From: Alkalilimnicola ehrlichii MLHE-1
Lineage (GTDB): Bacteria; Pseudomonadota; Gammaproteobacteria; Nitrococcales; Halorhodospiraceae
Reading direction: 5' to 3'
Length of the DNA: 32,000 nt
Assembly: GCF_000014785.1 (NCBI RefSeq)
Contig: NC_008340.1
Span: 2,070,001-2,102,000, forward strand
Below are positions 30,807-32,000 of this stretch, piece after piece; position 1 is the stretch's first letter; every line of letters starts with the position of its first letter. Position numbers and translations under genes: made by a program. Under the pieces are notes generated by a model, which worked only from the letters and a program-made list of their open reading frames with translations, searched no databases and was not told where the DNA came from.

Positions 30807-32000
30807 GTCAGGGCCATGCTCCTCGCAGATCAGGCGGTAGCCGGGCCTCGCCGTGAAGCGCTTGGCGGTACCCAGGTTGGCGATGGCGACCACCTCCTCG
30901 CCGCGGCGCAGAATCGGAACGCGGTCGCGCTCCCAGGGAGGGATCCCGGCCTCCTGAAAGCGCTTCGACAACGGACGGTGCCCCGGGTCGTGGGCCAACT
31001 GGCACCGCTCCCCGCGACGACGACGCCCCACGCTCAGGCCCTCGGCCCCGATCAATGACGGCGCAATACCCTCATCCGCGCGCACCAGGCGCAACACCCC
31101 CACACCGGGGACCACCAGCGGCACCCGCAGGTCCCACTCGCGATCTGGCCCGGGCCAGGGTGGCGGCCCACCGGCCGGGAGCCGGTGAATCCGGTCGCGG
31201 TAACGGCGCAGCTCCCCCTCCGGCCAGGTAAGCACCGGCTGCCGGTCCCGGCCGGCCCGGATCAGGTCGGCCAGCCCCTGCTCCAGGCGAGCGCGGGGGG
31301 GCGGCCGCAGGCCGGACATCAGCAGCCAGTGACGGACCAAGTTGCGAGCCCGCGCCGGACTGAGTCGGGCAAGGACAGAGACCGCCAGCCCCGGCCCCGG
31401 TGGGTGGCGGGCCAGGTCCTCCCCGGCCAGCTCACGCAGCAGGGCCTCCGCCTCGGCCTGCTCGCCGGCGGCGCGGCCGACGCGGCGACTGGCGTCGGGC
31501 CAGCGCTGCGTCAGCACCGGCCAGAGGGTGTGGCGCAGCCAGTTACGGTCGTGGGCGACGTGCGCGTTGCTGGGGTCCTCGACCCAGCACAGGGCGTGGG
31601 TGTCGCCGTAGGCGCGCAGCCGCTCGCGCGGCCAGGGGAGCAGCGGGCGCAAAAGCCGACCGCGCCCCAGCGGCCGCTGCGCGCGCATTCCGGCCAGGCC
31701 GCGGGGGCCGCTGCCGCGCAGCAGGTGCAGCAGGACGGTCTCCGCCTGGTCGTCGGCGTGATGGGCGGTGAGCAGGGCCTCGCCCGATTGCAGGTGCGAC
31801 GCCAGGGCAGCGTAGCGCGCCTGGCGGGCAGCGGCCTCCAGCCCCTCCCCGCTGTCGCGCCGGACCTCAACCGGCAGGACCAGGCAGTCCACCCCCAGGG
31901 CAGCGGCCTGCTGCCGGCAGTGCTCGGCCCAGGCATCGGCCTGCGGCTGCAACCCGTGGTGGATGTGCACCGCGCGCAACGGCAGCTCGCGGGCCGCGCT
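30798..32000 (-). CDS. tilS: tRNA(Ile)-lysidine synthase TilS (5' end beyond window)
   Basis: RAVHIHHGLQPQADAWAEHC, LLTAHHADDQAETVLLHLLRGSGPRGLAGM, LLRPLLPWPRERLRAY, WVEDPSNAHVAHDRNWLRHTLWPVL. Reading frame open to window edge; the listed start at 31979 is an internal TTG. Confidence 0.93.
   Translation of the reverse strand, partial: SAARELPLRAVHIHHGLQPQADAWAEHCRQQAAALGVDCLVLPVEVRRDSGEGLEAAARQARYAALASHLQSGEALLTAHHADDQAETVLLHLLRGSGPRGLAGMRAQRPLGRGRLLRPLLPWPRERLRAYGDTHALCWVEDPSNAHVAHDRNWLRHTLWPVLTQRWPDASRRVGRAAGEQAEAEALLRELAGEDLARHPPGPGLAVSVLARLSPARARNLVRHWLLMSGLRPPPRARLEQGLADLIRAGRDRQPVLTWPEGELRRYRDRIHRLPAGGPPPWPGPDREWDLRVPLVVPGVGVLRLVRADEGIAPSLIGAEGLSVGRRRRGERCQLAHDPGHRPLSKRFQEAGIPPWERDRVPILRRGEEVVAIANLGTAKRFTARPGYRLICEEHGPDGG

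Overview
This window reads as a high-GC gammaproteobacterial core-chromosome segment. The gene set and order look like a Halorhodospira/Alkalilimnicola-type Ectothiorhodospiraceae member; that is recall, not a database result. The order is: cysS start (edge, -), gltX (-), lpxH (+), thiD (+), a copper-delivery cluster (PCuAC, SCO1/SenC and a conserved-looking Cys/Met protein, all -), a DUF3149-like micro membrane protein (-), a tandem array of nine ~97-bp palindromic elements, a YugP-type Zn peptidase (-), recJ (-), an RpfE-like phosphoglycerate-mutase-fold protein (-), thrC-hom-alaC-like aminotransferase (-), an Mth938/DUF498-domain protein (+), rpoS-nlpD-yqaA-pcm-surE (-), an Smr-domain protein (+), a four-gene signalling cluster (-), truD-ispF-ispD-ftsB-eno-kdsA-pyrG (-) and tilS (-, truncated by the window edge). 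I see no convincing CRISPR array, prophage, transposase, tRNA or rRNA, and no clear new defence-like system. The main unexplained structures are: (1) the 9-copy, 97-bp head-to-tail palindromic array at 5971-6889 with a short 29-bp tandem tail; (2) a perfect 45-bp inverted repeat (30663-30707 / 30762-30806) whose right arm overlaps the tilS stop codon, upstream of pyrG; (3) a signalling cluster combining a degenerate-receiver LuxR-type regulator, a sensor kinase with a LOV-like but Cys-less PAS, an intact FixJ-type regulator and a PAS-GGDEF protein; (4) an unnamed Cys/Met-motif membrane-anchored protein next to SCO1/PCuAC.
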